64,000 nucleotides of DNA from an uncultured Alphaproteobacteria bacterium (GTDB lineage: Bacteria > Pseudomonadota > Alphaproteobacteria > Rs-D84), in the NCBI GenBank assembly GCA_944390225.1, contig CALXPB010000001.1, positions 16,408-80,407 on the forward strand, written 5' to 3'. Every line of letters starts with the position of its first letter. Positions within the stretch are counted from its first letter, which is position 1. A program made the translations under genes and the position numbers. Shown one piece after another: positions 63,474 to 64,000 of this stretch. A model generated the notes under the pieces. The model was given only the letters and a program-made list of their open reading frames with translations, was not told where the DNA came from and did no database searches.

Positions 63474-64000
63474 ATGAATAATGATGATAATTTAGAATTA
63501 TTAGACTTAAATGACGATGATGCCGAAACTATGGATGCATTACCAGAGGCAACTCCGTTCGCTGCACCCCGTCCAAAGAAACCTTGGTTATTACTGGGGG
63601 TAGGGGTATTGGTAATTGTTTTGGCTACTTATATCATCATACGAGTAATTGGTGGGGACTCTTCGTCTTCAATAGAGGTTGATTTAGACGCGCCGGCCGT
63701 TATAGTTGACGGTGAAAGTACTGTGCCAATTGACTTAAAACCGGCACCGATGCCAGTAAACGTTGAAACAACTGGTAAAGCACAGAAGTTGGTCGTACCA
63801 GAAAAACAACCGGCAAAGCGCCCGGTAGAACCGGCCGTTGTACAAGCACCAAAAACTCCGCAGTATGCTCCGCAACCTGCACCTGTTCCAAAACAAGTAC
63901 AACAGGAAAAAGTTGGTACGCCAGTTCGCGTTGTAGAAGATAGAAAGGAAGTTACGTTTAATCCTGATAAACCAGTTGCACAGAAACCTGCTGCAAAAAC
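63474..64000 (+). CDS. Hypothetical single-TM, Pro-rich envelope protein (3' end outside window)
   Basis: SD GGGAGAG. Acidic N-tail, TM WLLLGVGVLVIVLATYIII, then a P/A/V/Q/K-rich extended region. Open to the window end. Confidence 0.55.
   Translation, partial: MNNDDNLELLDLNDDDAETMDALPEATPFAAPRPKKPWLLLGVGVLVIVLATYIIIRVIGGDSSSSIEVDLDAPAVIVDGESTVPIDLKPAPMPVNVETTGKAQKLVVPEKQPAKRPVEPAVVQAPKTPQYAPQPAPVPKQVQQEKVGTPVRVVEDRKEVTFNPDKPVAQKPAAK

Noticed and set aside
1-64000. CRISPR arrays, IS elements/transposases, prophage or conjugation genes, rRNA genes.
   Set aside because: None seen. The only repeats are the tRNA-Tyr-linked tandem units and tandem gene duplications. No spacer-repeat periodicity, DDE or serine recombinase motifs, or rRNA-like sequence was recognised.

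Overview
This is a visibly AT-rich, very gene-dense chromosomal segment. Many genes overlap by 1-20 nt, and convergent gene pairs abut or share hairpin terminators. Gene content points to an alphaproteobacterium-like, compact genome: MucR/Ros regulator, alpha-type AddB, SecB next to MltA, DUF721/DciA-like protein, LolD, LptF/G, SecDF-YajC, FtsK, RecA, RuvA/RuvC, MutL, and four aminoacyl-tRNA synthetases (argS, serS, gltX, thrS). No transposases, phage genes or CRISPR arrays were seen. About 75% of the window is housekeeping. The rest is lineage-specific:

1. Two short upstream ORFs before serS and thrS share an in-frame 18-nt block, [T/A]CA [T/A]CC CCT TTN GGG GTG. Its only informative differences switch Ser-Ser to Thr-Thr, matching the downstream synthetase. 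This is a candidate new aaRS attenuation leader family.
2. A four-gene minus-strand operon (53.9-56.0 kb) encodes a 2-TM protein, an HNH-like protein lacking the canonical His, a SUKH/SMI1-like protein and an RHH_4 protein.
3. A continuous YbeY-Lnt fusion ORF.
4. A four-gene cluster of exported or anchored cysteine-motif proteins downstream of lolD, including a shared 6-Cys C-terminal module.
5. A tRNA-Gly/tRNA-Tyr operon is followed by two ~162-bp tandem units. Each ends in a copy of the tRNA-Tyr 3' end plus its terminator.
6. Three tandem paralogs of an unknown ~155-aa protein, one decayed by homopolymer frameshifts.
7. A glycan-synthesis cluster between recA and typA with two tandem duplications.
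8. An S41 peptidase homolog that appears to lack the Ser/Lys dyad.

All family assignments come from motif reading by eye. No database search was possible.
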